A stretch of 64,000 nt of DNA from Podarcis erhardii. Lineage: Eukaryota. Each line of letters starts with the position of its first letter. The first letter of the stretch is position 1. Shown piece after piece: positions 52,050 through 64,000 of this stretch. Location: assembly GCA_964252035.1 (NCBI GenBank), contig OZ176204.1; one strand, given 5' to 3'. Below the pieces are notes generated by a model that searched no databases, was not told the DNA's origin, and saw only the letters and a program-made list of their open reading frames with translations. The translations under genes and the position numbers were made by a program.

Positions 52050-53350
52050 TGTGGCACATTGCCAAATGCTACACCTCTCCCTGACCCTGCAGCGCTCTCC
52101 AAACATCATTACCAGCCCGACAGATTCTAAGACAGGAATGACCGCTCCCCACATCAAATGGGGGGCACCTTTTGCGTGGTCGCGTGCAGCCCCCCGGATC
52201 CTATGTGGCTCCCAGCCATATAGCCTGGCTTCGCCCTTCCCAGGTTGGAAATCTGGAGGTCTCCACCTACCTCAAGCAGTTACCCAATCCCACCTGGGGA
52301 GGCGTTGCCAGGGGACCTGGCCAGGTAGGAGGAGGGACCGCCATACTCACACAATAGAGGGTGGGTCTTACCTGGGAATTGTCAGTTGGCTCCAGAGCTT
52401 CTCCCACCCTGCTCTCCCTCAGTTAAGCCTTCCTTTGCAGGTTAATCTCTTCTCCACAGGTACGAGGGCGCTGCTACATCATGGTCGCTGTTGAAGGGCC
52501 GGAAAGGAATTTTCCTGCATTGGCAGGTTTTGCCTTCCTTATAGCAAAATGTCACAACTTTGGCGGTTTCAGGCATTGGGCAGAATCCTTTACTCTATCT
52601 TCCCTTATTGGGGGGGGTGAAGCAGTGGCCCACGCTCCCCCTGAAGCAGCGATCCCAGGGTTCCCTGTTAAAGGGGTTGTTTTGAGGGGAGGCATTGGCC
52701 ATAGGCCAATTGGATGTCATTGCTCTTCCCTGCAATGGCGGCGAAACGGGGGGCGGGCTCTCTGCTTGAACATATGTTCTCCAGAGCCAGCCCAATCCCC
52801 ACACATTCTGGATAACCCTGATGTTCCCCAGATCCCCGGCCAGGGACTGGGAGGGATAAACACTCAGTGCCTAAGCCAAGGTCTCCCTACATCTGAAACT
52901 TTAACAAAGTTGTGGCCAATTTTAATCCCGTAGCATGTTGTCTTGAGTTGCTATTCCACTCGGGAGTCGCCTGGGGCTGGGGGGACTCCATCTGTCCATG
53001 CAATCCCCTCCCTTTGCTGCCCCACTTTGTCCAGCAGGGCTAGCACACCCCACCTTAAGGTTGGATCCAACACATGTGGCTTAAGAGTTCTTCATCCTCC
53101 TCAACAGCCTGCCCAATCGTCTGTGCTCCTTTTGCAAGTTCAGGAGGCAGAGCTGAGGCTTGCAGTTTCCCATCTTCTGGACTGTGTGTAGGTAAACTGT
53201 ACTTTAATTGCTCCATCCACTTTTGCTTCAGGCCCTACCCGCCTCTGATATGTGGTCCTCAGGCTGTAAAATTCATCCTGCCCCTGCCAGCTTACAGTAT
53301 TTCAGGAGCAAACTGTACTATTTTTCCTGCCAACCTGTTCAAACCTGGGA
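52050..53350. mobile_element. Unclassified GC- and CpG-rich segment, possibly an LTR-retrotransposon remnant
   Basis: Composition differs from the flanks. TGTGGCA (52050) ... GCTGCTACA (52478) could bound an LTR followed by a PBS-like TGGTCG. No TSD or gag/pol motif recognised. Confidence 0.3.
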
Positions 53351-53366
53351 AGCACTGCAACAAATG

Positions 53367-53368
<2 letters not shown>

Positions 53369-53398
<30 letters not shown>
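53369..53398. repeat. (GT)15 microsatellite
   Basis: Direct reading. Confidence 0.92.
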
Positions 53399-53400
<2 letters not shown>

Positions 53401-55772
53401 GGCCTGTCGCTCCCCTCCAGTTACCGTAGTCTCCCATTAAAAGCAGCCTCAGGCACTTCGACTGGTTTCCTTGATTCCTTCCATCCACAGGATTCTGGAG
53501 CCTTGCAACCTCTTAAGCAATATCCCCGCTTTTCTAGCTGCAATCCCTACTGGCTGGGCAAGCAACGAATCTAGCATGAGTAGCAACCAGCCCAGCAAAA
53601 GTTAAAATCCCATGAGTTACTATGGATGTTCAGCCTCAGATTAGGGGGGGAAAACAAACCTCTTTAAAGATGAGTGCAGTACTCTGTTTCCTTTGGGCAG
53701 ACACAAGGGTATTTCAACACCTCATCAAAACAGGAGGGTATTTTACATGCTTAACTTAATACACATTTGTTTGTTTTTAAAAAAGCTCCTGTTATTTTTT
53801 CCTAAAACCTATTATGCAAGGACAAACTTCACAAGCATTTGACCTGTAACCTGGAGTATTGATATTGGCTCCATTGCATGGCTGTTGTGAACCTCTCTCT
53901 TGCTCTCTCTCAACCTCCAAAACAGCAATATGGGAATAATATATTATATTTACACTGGCGTTTCATTGGCAGGATTATTTCAAAATGTTTTTTTCTCATG
54001 GAATATGACAATAGAGTAGTAAATCCGATCTCTGCTGATACTTTTGCATGACAGTAGGCATGCTGCTGCCCAGCCACTACTAAGATGTTGGTGTTCTCCA
54101 CTGATTTCCATGGGTAGCACTCACTTCCATCCTTGGGGAGGCTGAATCGCTTCCAATAAAAACCTGGAACCTCCCTCTCCAGACAGTGAGATGGATCTCT
54201 GGTTTCATTTTGTGGAGACTGTGTTCACACTCCCATTTACTGTGCACTCACTGGGGGTTTATCCACACTTCCTCTTGACCCACTGCTTCCTCCCAATCCT
54301 GGGGAAAACTGCTCTTAAGTGCTCAGTCGGAACAAACATCAGTTTGAGTTTTCCTCTTCATGCAGACCTTTGACTTATTTGAGGTGTGAGTTTGTTTTTG
54401 TTGGATTATGTTCCCTGGTGATAACTGGTATTTATTAGCTGCCGTTTCAACCGTTTTGCCCTCTTCTGGGTCCAAAATGACCCACGTCAATTGAATACCC
54501 GCAAAATGGTCACAGCCTGTACTTTCACACCCTTGTGTTCTTGCTTAACCATAGTTTAGCTCGGCTTCACATGCAAACTGGACCGTTGTTTTTAAACCAG
54601 TTTCGCTGCATTACATATGAGTGTTCAGTATGCATTTTTCAGGTTTTGCAATTTATTGTTCTAAGAGAACAAACCATATTTAGGAATAACAGTCAGCAAC
54701 TACATTGGTCAATGGGCCAGTGTATGGAAACAAAAAAAGCAAAAGGCCAAGCCCCTTCCCTTGCTCTTATCAGTGGGCACTTTATTTTTATTTTTTAACA
54801 ACTTATGAACTGCTAGAAGACCTGGGATATGTGTGCAGGGAAGTAACACACACTCCCACTTTTCCCAGTTTCCCAGCCAGCCATCTTAATTTTACTAATA
54901 CCTGAATAAGCTTGAATAATGTTTCTTGTCTTAGGGAAGCTCATTGTCACAAGTATGAGAATATGTGCTCATGAGATATTATTTTTCACCAGCTGTAGGA
55001 CAAAAAGCAACCCTGAGAGAATTCACAGTGTGTAAGTAAATCCTCTGAAACAACAGAAGCATAGAATAATAAATGTAGTAAATGTATACTAATCTGTACT
55101 AATCCTCATTATTACAAGAAGGGAGCTGTGTTGTATTGCTAGAGGGGCAGTTTTTATTTGTTCAAGAAGAAATATCTCAGGCCAACATATTCACTCTATT
55201 TAGATATTTGTTAGCAAAAGTGACCAACAGTTTAAAATGTTATCCAGGAAATATTGTGTACAGATTGCAGTTCTTTGAGGAAGGGAGTGAGAAGAGTGCT
55301 GCTTTTGAAAAAAGGCTCTCTGCTTATCTGTACCTACCTGGAGTTACATCAGTTATATAGTATTCTAACACTTTACTTCAATTTCCTTTGTGACAAAGCT
55401 TTTGCTGGATCTTCCAGCCCAGTTTTAACTCTTGGAGCCACAAACAAACAAACAAACACATCTCAATGGATTACATTCCAAATGAGTACAGAGACTCTAA
55501 GCATGTTGTTGGTTCAAACTCGTGTGTGTGACATAATGGAAATTTTATCTCACCATAAGTACCTTTCTGTGGATTAGCTATTCACGTTTTATGGCTTGGT
55601 TTTACATTTTCTTATCTATGAAATCAACTGCTTATAGAGTATAGCATGTTCTCCTTCTATATCACTTAAAATGTGTGACAGAGCAATTGCTTGTTCTGTA
55701 CAAAGGGTTTATTTTAGTGCAATGAACCACAATATGTATGCCAGGTTTACCTTCCCACTGTAATGCTATTTA

Positions 55773-55975
55773 CAGGGCTGGCCCACCAAGGAGGCCAGGT
55801 GAGATGACTGACTCAGGTGGCAGGATCCACAGGGGCAGCAGATCCTGATGTAGAGCTTTATCTCTCCTCCCTCTGTTCCCAATGTAGACCTTTACTCTCC
55901 CATTCTTCCCTGACGGGGAAAGGAGCACCCTTTTGTGGTTTGCTTCAGGTGCCAAAATGTCTTGGGCTGGCCCTG
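55773..55975. mobile_element. hAT MITE
   Basis: TIR CAGGGCTGGCCC / GGGCTGGCCCTG; TSD (G/A)CTATTTA. Confidence 0.85.
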
Positions 55976-56612
55976 ACTATTTACACACATGACAAGAAGA
56001 AAGAACAGGAGTCATAAATTTATTTTCCAATTAAATTGCCTTTCTCACTGCAGTAAATGAAGAATGACCACCTAAATGTATCAGCAGCAGCTCTTTGGGG
56101 CCAACATGGGGAAACCCTGCCAGACGGGCAGGGTATAAATAATAAATTATTATTATAACATTTGAAGTTCTCACACATCTGGACCTCCATGGCACACACA
56201 GCTACTCAGTTTTTTCAGTGTCACATTCCCAGTCTCCCCAAGGCAATACTTAACAATTTAGGACCAAGGTAGGCTGTGCATCTTGCGCTGTTGGCTTTCT
56301 ACTCTTGATACTAGGGATTCCTGAAAAACAACAATGAATCCCTGCCCTTTCTGTACTGTATTATATATAATGGCCTTGTCAGATGATGTGGGCTCCAGTC
56401 CACAAAATCTTATGCCATAATAAAATTTGCTCGTCTTTAAGCTTCCTGTTGTTTATGTAGCAGCAGGCTAACAAGAGCAGCCCCTGTGGAAATTGTCTCA
56501 AGTGTGTGAGCTTCTCCTAGCACTGCTGCTTCTTTGCAGCTGGAGTGAAAGAAAATACAGGGATGCAGTTGGCTTGAAGCGGAGGCGAGGAAGGACAGAA
56601 GAATTAAGGTAA

Positions 56613-56952
56613 GTGGCGCTGTGGGTTAAACCACAGAGCCTAGGACTTGCCAATCAGAAGGGCAGCAGTTCGAATCCCCGTGATGGGGTGAGCTCCCGTT
56701 GCTCGGTCCCTGCTCCTGCCAACCTAGCAGTTCGAAAGCACGTCAAAGTGCAAGTAGATAAATAGGTATCGCTCCGGTGGGAAGGTAAATGGCGTTTCCG
56801 TGCGCTGCTCTGGTTTGCCAGAAGCGGCTTAGTCATGCTGGCCACATGACCCAGAAGCTGTAAGCCGGCTCCCTCGGCCAATAAAGCGAGATGAGCGCCG
56901 CAACCCCAGAGTCGGTCACGACTGGACCTGGTCAGGGGTCACCTTTACCTTT
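56613..56952 (+). mobile_element. Sauria SINE (Squam1)
   Basis: Matches the other copies; slightly 5'-truncated. Confidence 0.93.
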
Positions 56953-58170
56953 ATGGAGGAGAGGACTTTTCATGGCACTACTGCCTGAAGCTGCCACGGT
57001 GTTGCCTTTGTGCCTGAAAGCTGTGTGTGTGTCTTTTAAATGTGTTGGTAGCACTGCCACCTCACGCCCTGCCTGTAGGGTTGAAACACACCGTTGGGTC
57101 GTTATTCTTACTATGATCCATCGGCCCATGTCTCCACCTTACATCTTCTTCTTTCTAGAACACATGTGAAGCACTCTTATGCCACTTTAGCAGCCACAGA
57201 GAATCCTGGGAAATGTAGTTTCCGTGGGTGCTGGGAACTGTAGTTCTCTAAGGTCAGCAGCCTTTGACAAACCGCTGATTCTCCATGACTGTTGTGTCAT
57301 CAGAGTGCTTTAAAGGTGTGCTGAGGATGTGTCTGGCTGTAATAGGCTATGATAACAACTGCCGAGGACCAGAAGGAAGTGCTATAAACACCTCCAAGTA
57401 TCCCTAATATATCGCGCCTTTACTTGCCTGCGTGGCTGTGTCACTGCAAGCTGCTTTGGGCTGGGAAGCAGGGCTTATATAGAAAAACAAAATAGGCAGC
57501 CACTTTCCCAGCCCAGAATCACCCAGAGTGTCCTTTGACATACAGTACTTTGCTTTTTTTCCTCTCAGGCTTCCCTAAAGCAGCGTTTAAGGCGAGGGAA
57601 AGCCCGGGGTTGTTGTTGCTTTTGTTCGTTGCACAAAGGTGAGATTCTTGGCGAGGGTTGGACCTCGCCTCCGTCCAGCACCAGCCTGCAAACCTATAGC
57701 CAGGGAAACGCGTGGGTGAGACGGTGTCCCCTATCCGAGCAAGAACACACGTTTTTGTTAAGCGAGCGCCGTCTGAGGCGATTTAAACAATAAAAAAGCG
57801 CGGGTCCTAACTGGCGCGGGGGGGGGGGGAGGACGCAGGCACGAGAGGAGAACAGTTCTCCTGTGAATATCCTCTCGCGGAGCCCTTTCCCCTCACAGGG
57901 AAGGGGGAAAAACCCCGCAATCTTCCCGCCTGTGGCAGCCGGGAGCAGAGCAAGCAGCGAGGGGAGGAGCCAGAGGAGGGCGCGGGGTGTGAGCCGTGGG
58001 CTGGAAAGGCGGTCCGGGGAAGTGCTACGTGTCTCCTCGGCCGCTTTTATACCTACTCCCTTCCCCTCGCAGCTTCTCAGCAGCCCGCGGGAGCCAGCCG
58101 CTTGCCTTCCTGCCCGCCACCCCACCCCGTCACTGCTGCCAGGAGCCGAGGGAGCCGCGAAGCCGGCGAC

Positions 58171-58197
58171 ATGTCCGACACCAAGAAGCAAAGGATG
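58171..58197 (+). CDS. PAPSS2: Probable PAPSS2 (PAPS synthase 2) first coding exon, MSDTKKQRM
   Basis: GGCGACATG Kozak context in a CpG island, 9 codons, donor ATG|gtaggt. Resembles the human PAPSS2 N-terminus MSGIKKQKT (recalled) and fits the conserved MINPP1-PAPSS2-ATAD1-PTEN order. Exon 2 not found in the window. Confidence 0.75.
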
Positions 58198-58233
58198 GTA
58201 GGTGCTGCCTCAGCAGTTCTCTCGCGGCAGTAG

Positions 58234-58257
58234 CAGCAGCAGCAGCAGCAGCAGCAG
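58234..58257. repeat. (CAG)8 repeat just inside the putative PAPSS2 intron 1
   Basis: Direct reading; 36 nt after the donor site. Confidence 0.92.
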
Positions 58258-58910
58258 CGGCATAGTGCCGGCGCCCTGCGGGAGGCGCCTTTTTTTGTTT
58301 TTTAAGCATCTGCCCCGCCACCCTGCGCTCGCGCTCTTCTTTCTCTCTGCTGCAGCCCCCTTCTCCGCTGGGCCAGAGGCAGTCGCGCCAGGGCGCAGCT
58401 GGAAGATGCCGTCCTGGTCCGCGCAGCAGCCCCCGGGTCTACCACAGCGGGGCAGGGGAAGTCCTCTCCCTTTACTAGTCCTCTTTGCGCGCCGCCAGAA
58501 AGGTGATTTTGGTCAGAGAGACCCTCCTTAGAGGAGGAGGAGGTAGGTTGCGTTAGCATCCTGTGGCTAAGAGTTAAACTGGCACTTTGTGGCTGAGGTG
58601 GGTTGGGGTCATAGCTGTCAACGTTTCCCTTTTTTTTAAGGGAAATTCCCTTATTCCGAATAGGATTCCTCGCAAGAAAAGGGAAAAGTTGACAGCTATG
58701 GTTGGGGTGTCTTCCCAAACCCCATGGTTATGGCCATGAATGCTGAGCAAACTTTTGAGTCCGCTAGGCTGGTGTGTGAGTGTGAGAGGACATTGAGGTC
58801 ATGATGCCCGTGTCTTGGCAAATATCCTGTTTTTGTTGTAGAGTCGTGGCTGCGTTCAGACGCATGGTACCCTTAAAGCACCTTTGAAGCACATTCATGG
58901 ATGCTTTAGC

Positions 58911-58988
58911 TGAGATTCCTGCATTGCAGGGGGTTGGACTGGCTGACCCTTGGGGTCCCTTCCAGCTCTACAATTCTACGATGCTATT
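58911..58988 (+). mobile_element. CR1/Squam3 3' tail fragment (similar minus-strand fragments at about 10606-10676, 31375-31450, 32765-32820)
   Basis: GATTCCTGCATTGCAGGGGGTTGGACT...TTCCAGCTCTACAATTCT. Confidence 0.75.
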
Positions 58989-60057
58989 ATTCTTTCACTC
59001 AAAGATTTCTGGGCAGTGTAGTCTACCCATCATGGAGTTACAGTGCCCAGGACTCCTTAATAAACTCTCTCTCTGTGTGTGTGTGTTCTTCAAATGTGTT
59101 TTAAAGGCATAGTAGTCATCGTCTTCAGAATTGGCACTGTTAGTGGGGCTTTGTTTCCTAGTATAGGAGTTTGGGCTGCAAGTCTCAGGGCCAAGTAACC
59201 ACAGGTGTCCTGGTCTAGGTTTACAGGGGGAAAGTCAAAGACCTTGTGACTATTATTTCTTTAGTGGGGCCCCTGCCTCCAACAACTAAGAGCTGCCTGG
59301 TCAGCAAGAAATGAGAGCTTTGTAGCTACTGAGAAGAAATCTTCTCACCTTCTGTGCTGATTGGAGACAGAGTGAAAAGAGGTGAGTCAGCTGCTGAGGA
59401 TCGGGTCCTAGGGTCACTCTGGTGAAAGCATTCAGGAAGGGACACAGAGGAATTGCTGTTCTGTATGCTCCAAAGCTAAGCATTTGGGAACACTGAAAAT
59501 GTGAGCCGCTTCAGTTTCAGGAGAATGGTGTGCAAGTCCTGTTATGTACAATGGAACTTCAAGAAAAACATAAGCTCTCCTCTCTTGGCACCATGCAGAG
59601 GAGATTGGACATGAACTGCAAGCAGCCACCTCTGTCTACTAACCCACCCTCTTTATCATCCCAGTCCACATAACAGTGCCGCCTACAGGGAGAGCGCAGG
59701 TGGTCAAGTGGCAGGTGGTGGCTCCTTCCCTGACCTTCAGCTGTGCTTCACCACCTGTGGAGAGCAAGTAAGAGAGTGAGCAGATTGTGCTTTGTCTTCT
59801 TAGAAGCAGTGGCCATTTCCTCTTTTTGCTCGCTCACTCATTCATCCGGGGGCTTCTTTGGGGCCCAGTCATTCCATTGCACAGCCTAGGGAGCAAGGAT
59901 GTGCAAGCAGCGAGAGGCACTGGGGTAGCCATCCTTTGCCTGATCCTTCCTGTCAAGAGAAGAACAGTCTGAGCAATTATATGGAAACGCAGCTGCTGCT
60001 GCTGCCTCTTCTCAATCACCCTGTCTCATTGAGTGGTATGTTATGGATTGTTTATGC

Positions 60058-60193
60058 CAGGGTTTCCCATACTTGAGTCTCCAGCTGTTTTGGGACTACA
60101 ATTCCCATCATCTCTGACCAATGGTCCTGCTAGCTAGGGATGATGGGTGTTGTAGTCCCAAAACAGCTGAAGACCCAAGTTTGGGAAACCCTG
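60058..60193. mobile_element. Palindromic hAT MITE (GACTACAATTCCCATCATCCCT family)
   Basis: Near-perfect hairpin; 8-bp TSD GTTTATGC. Confidence 0.92.
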
Positions 60194-61157
60194 GTTTATG
60201 CCAAGGATGGGGAGCCTCACACCCATGGCCCCCAAGTGACCCCAAGGTCCCCCTATCTGGCCCCTGGAACTCTCTTCAGGCCACACACCTCATAGTGGTC
60301 CCGCTTCACACCCTAAGTGCTTTTGCTTGGTTGGAATGCGTCCTGGAATTTTGATGATGCTTCTTGCTTGCCTACTGTGGCAACTGTGATTATTCAGTGA
60401 CAGGGCAAAAACACTCTGCGTATGGACAGAGGAAAGAAGTCTGTTTCCATGCATCAAAAGCTTTGAAAATAGATTCTGGATTTGAAGCCTAAATCAGTTC
60501 AATGCTTGCTTGAAAGTTTCTAGATTAACATTTTAAAATAACAAGTTTTTAACAATGGCTGCTTGATTAATATTGATTTATTCGCATTTCCTACACCCAT
60601 GGGAATTTATGTACACATTCTATGTTGTCTGAAATATATGTTCCATTTAAAAGTGGTTTACTTCGACATTCTGCCTGGCATTAATAGGAACATACATGTG
60701 TGTTGAATTATAGATTCAAATACTTTATTGGCATGACTTGTGAAAGCTGCCTATGTTGGAAGTGTCTGTTTTGTGGTGCCATAGTATTCGGGGGGTGGAC
60801 AGGGCACTGATGTATTGTGTCAAGATGCTTAGGGAATGACTGATTAGGGCTTTAGCTATGGTGGGGGATGTATTTGAGACATTTACCTGACAGGGTTTAC
60901 CTTTCCTTTCAGTACCCAGCATCATTTTCTTTGCACAGAACCCAAAGTTTAACCTATGTGGTCCCCTGCCCATCAGCATAGTAGACATGAGTGATAACAA
61001 TATGTTAAGTCACTCTGTGTAGATATACAACTGTTTTTTTTAAAAAAGAGGTGTGGTTATTTAATTAAGAGCATTTATAACTCTGGATTCATTTCACTGG
61101 ATACTAGGATGCGGCAAAAGGTACAGATTCCATAAAATTACATTGCACTATTTGCAA

Positions 61158-61391
61158 CCCACAATTACTGACCCAATGCAAGCAACAAATACCAAATTTC
61201 CTTCTTTCCTTTCTTTATTTTATTAAGAAAACCAACACAAGTGAATTTAGTCTTTGGTCAGGATGAACATTTTAGCTGTTTGATGAGATGCCTCCTTTAC
61301 CAAAGTCATTGCTTCCTATAGTCTTCTGCCATGTGGCTAGTGCTTCTTATCACATGCTTCTTACATTCAGGTTTCTCTGATGCATAGCCTA
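61158..61391 (-). repeat. Inverted duplicate of 35196-35436
   Basis: Manual alignment shows near identity apart from about 3 substitutions or indels and an A-rich tract length difference. Confidence 0.95.
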
Positions 61392-61741
61392 AAGGTAAAG
61401 GTACCCCTGACCATTAGGTCCAGTTGTGGATGACTCTGGGGTTGTGGCGCTCATCTCGCTTTACTGGCCAAGGGAGCTGGCGTACAGCTTCCGGGTCATG
61501 TGGCCAGCATGACTAAGCCACTTCTGGCGAACCAGAGCAGCGTACGGAAACGCCGTTTACCTTTCCACCGGATCGGTACCTATTTATCTACTTGCACTTT
61601 GACATGCTTTTGAACTGCTCAGTTGGCAGGAGCAGGGACCGAGCAACAGGAGTTCACCCCGTCACGGGGATTCGAACTGCAGACCTTCTGATCAGCAAGT
61701 CCTAAGCTCTGTGGTTTAACCCACAGCGCCACCCTCATCCC
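61392..61741 (-). mobile_element. Sauria SINE (Squam1), full length, carrying a copy of the 35196-35436 flank
   Basis: Matches the other copies; the 3' flank 61158-61391 is the reverse complement of 35196-35436. Confidence 0.95.
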
Positions 61742-63982
61742 CATCCACATTTTAGGTCTGTGCTAATTAGCATTTTACTGTATTTGCAATGACCTATGCT
61801 TACAAGCAATAAATATCAGTTGTGTTGGATTTAAGGATAAAGATCAGCTAAAACCAGGCTACAGCTACTGCAGTTGATTGCTATAGCAAAACACTGAAAA
61901 GCAGCATGGAGAAAGGGGTACTCCGGGGGTGGGGATGAGGAACCTAACAAAACCCACTAGGGAGATAGAGTTATTTTGCACAGCAAAGTTCCACAATGAC
62001 CACCTTAACTACTTTGTCTGCCATTTCTTCCAAGGTGCCAGTAGAGTTAGATTGCAGGACACAACTTCTGTATCTGGAAATGTCCTCATTGAGCACAGAA
62101 TGCTGGAAAGTCCCTTCCTTGTAGTAATTATGGTCCAGAATGCAGTGTTCCTAGAGCAGAGAGAAAGAGGGGCCCAAAGTACGGGAAGCCAGAGGTTGTT
62201 TCAGGAGAAGGAATGATATTAGCAAGACACACCTAGGTGGCTCAGGCAAGAAAACCACCAGCAGTGTAAACTGCAAAGAGAAAAGCCAGTGTTCTGAAAT
62301 GCTTAGCAGTTACAACATCATCCTCTGTGCCTGTTAGGAGACTTGCCAGATACTGAGCATATAATCTTGTGGCTGGGCTGGGGTTATATGGTTCTTTCAA
62401 GAATGTTAATAAATCAGAAACTGCTGTCAGGGCTCGGGTACAGAGATGTCAGAGTGACAAGGCTGGGGCCCAGATTATAGTCTTATATCGTGTAGCTAGG
62501 TGATCCCGCTGTATTATTTACATTATTTCAACAGAGTTACTCGGCTGGTAGCATATATTCTGCTTCAACTGCAATGCATTCTGGAGGAAGTAGCTAAGAG
62601 ATATAAGATGACAGGAGAGTAGAAATACTGTAAGATCCTCCCTCCCTCCACTATTATCATGGTTTTCTTCATATTGTGATTGCTGCAGCCTAGGAAGCTC
62701 TCTAATCTCATTTGCTTCCTTTTTAACGTTCAGCTTCATTGTTTGACAAATTGGCACTCTTGACTTGTGTTTCCTAGGCTGTTTGAAGGTTCTCTCAAAA
62801 ATCTTATTGTACACAGGACTGAAGTGACAATACAGAAGATGTAACTCTTTATTGCTCTAATTTCTTTTGTGTGAGCAGTGATGGGAAAATATTTGAAATT
62901 GTTTAGGGGCAGGGGGGGAAGCAACAACAAAGGACAGCACCAAACAGTAATGTGGCCCTGAATGTTGTCCCTGAATGTGTTCAGAAATGAAATTGAATGA
63001 ATAAATACTCTCTTTTTATACCTGCTCAAAGTTTGCTTCTTTTCTTTGTCTTTTTGAATCATGTTTGTAGGACCCAGACTTATAGAAGGCCTGAATAAAG
63101 ATGTCATATATGCCCAGGAAACAACATAATATTTTGATGTGCCTGGGATTTTTGCAGTCCCCAAATCAGGGTGTGCACACTTTCAGACTTCACATAGCTG
63201 TTTACAAGAGAAGAGAACTACGAAGCGTGAAAGCTTGTAGCACTGTTGCCAACATAGGTTGGGTGGGTCTTATAAACCATGATTACTTTTGTCTCTAGCT
63301 GATTGTCATCTTTCAGTATATGAAAACAAAATAAAGAAGAAAGAAGCCCATTTCTCCCTAGTTGGATGTTACACTTACATAACTATTTGTTATTTTTTTT
63401 AGAACCTCATGTCCTTGGCTTAGATCTGAACTGTGCTTGTTAAGAAACAACTCCAAATGTCAGGAATGGATGTGTAGATAAAGAGTTTCACTCACCAGCA
63501 TTAATCACAGCCAATTAGGCACATTGCATCTCACAACAGTTTAAATGCTTAACATTGTCATAGGGAACACCTCAGGGTTTGTGCAGCTGTCATGTTTTCT
63601 GGATATGTTGGTGTATTGTATCTAACAAGGGGGGGGACCCCGTAAATAAACTGATGACAACAGACAAAGCAGAATTAGTGACCCCTTGCTTTTAAAAATG
63701 TTTAGAGCTGGGTGAGTGGAATGCACGCTTTTAAACAGTATTGCAGTTTGTTTTTGTCTGAAAAGAAAATACCCAGTGTATTTACATATAATCTACATTG
63801 AACTGCTTGACAATTTGCCAGGATATTAAAAGTTGAAACTAAGGGCCAAAGTCATTGCAGCCAAAGTCCTTTCAGTACCACCAAGTCCCATTTGTTTAAG
63901 CTTGGGAAATCAATGAGACTAAAAAGTGCCTAGCTTTGGGTTGGGCAGCCTACTTTATGTACCCTGATCCCAGTCATATTTA

Positions 63983-64000
63983 CAGTGGTACCTCAGGTTA
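63983..64000. mobile_element. Start of another Tigger-like MITE at the window edge
   Basis: TA|CAGTGGTACCTC. Confidence 0.6.

Larger units (their letters stand above)
57590..58510 (+). promoter_or_regulatory. CpG island and promoter of the next gene (probably PAPSS2)
   Basis: High CpG and GC content. TATA-like TTTTATA at 58045-58051, about 120 bp upstream of the ATG at 58171. Confidence 0.8.

Noticed and set aside
58202-58531. 109-aa poly-Ser ORF in the second CpG island
   Set aside because: It lies after the GTAGGT donor and is produced by the CAG repeat and GC-rich intronic sequence.
58198-64000. PAPSS2 exon 2 (expected STNVVYQAHHVSR-like peptide)
   Set aside because: Not found in any frame; intron 1 presumably extends beyond the window.
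1-64000. CRISPR arrays, rRNA, tRNA or snoRNA genes, intact transposase or RT genes
   Set aside because: None seen. The repeated palindromes are MITEs, and all LINE-derived ORFs are truncated or frameshifted.

Overview
Vertebrate genomic DNA, most likely a lacertid lizard, inferred from lacertid-type Sauria/Squam1 and Squam3-like SINEs. Two assembly gaps are present. The window holds the complete five-exon MINPP1 gene on the + strand (16359-37961; 1437 nt CDS, 478 aa; signal peptide, RHGTRFP and HAET motifs intact). The CpG-island promoter and 27-nt first coding exon of the next gene, probably PAPSS2, lie at 58171-58197. The rest is intron or intergenic DNA dense in transposons: 8 Sauria SINEs, Squam3-like SINEs, CR1, L2, RTE and Penelope-like fragments, and many hAT and Tc1/mariner MITEs. 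Most notable observations: (1) this MINPP1 lacks the C-terminal XDEL ER-retention motif; (2) a Sauria SINE plus about 240 bp of its 3' flank is duplicated in inverted orientation 26 kb away; (3) a 1.13-kb non-coding poly(A) retroposon with a 19-bp TSD and an L1-like 5' end; (4) a hammerhead-ribozyme-like motif in the Penelope element; (5) a roughly 730-bp non-coding element sharing its 3' tail with the RTE LINE. No database searches were run. Orthologue comparisons are from recalled knowledge and need verification. I found no strong evidence for a wholly new multi-gene system.
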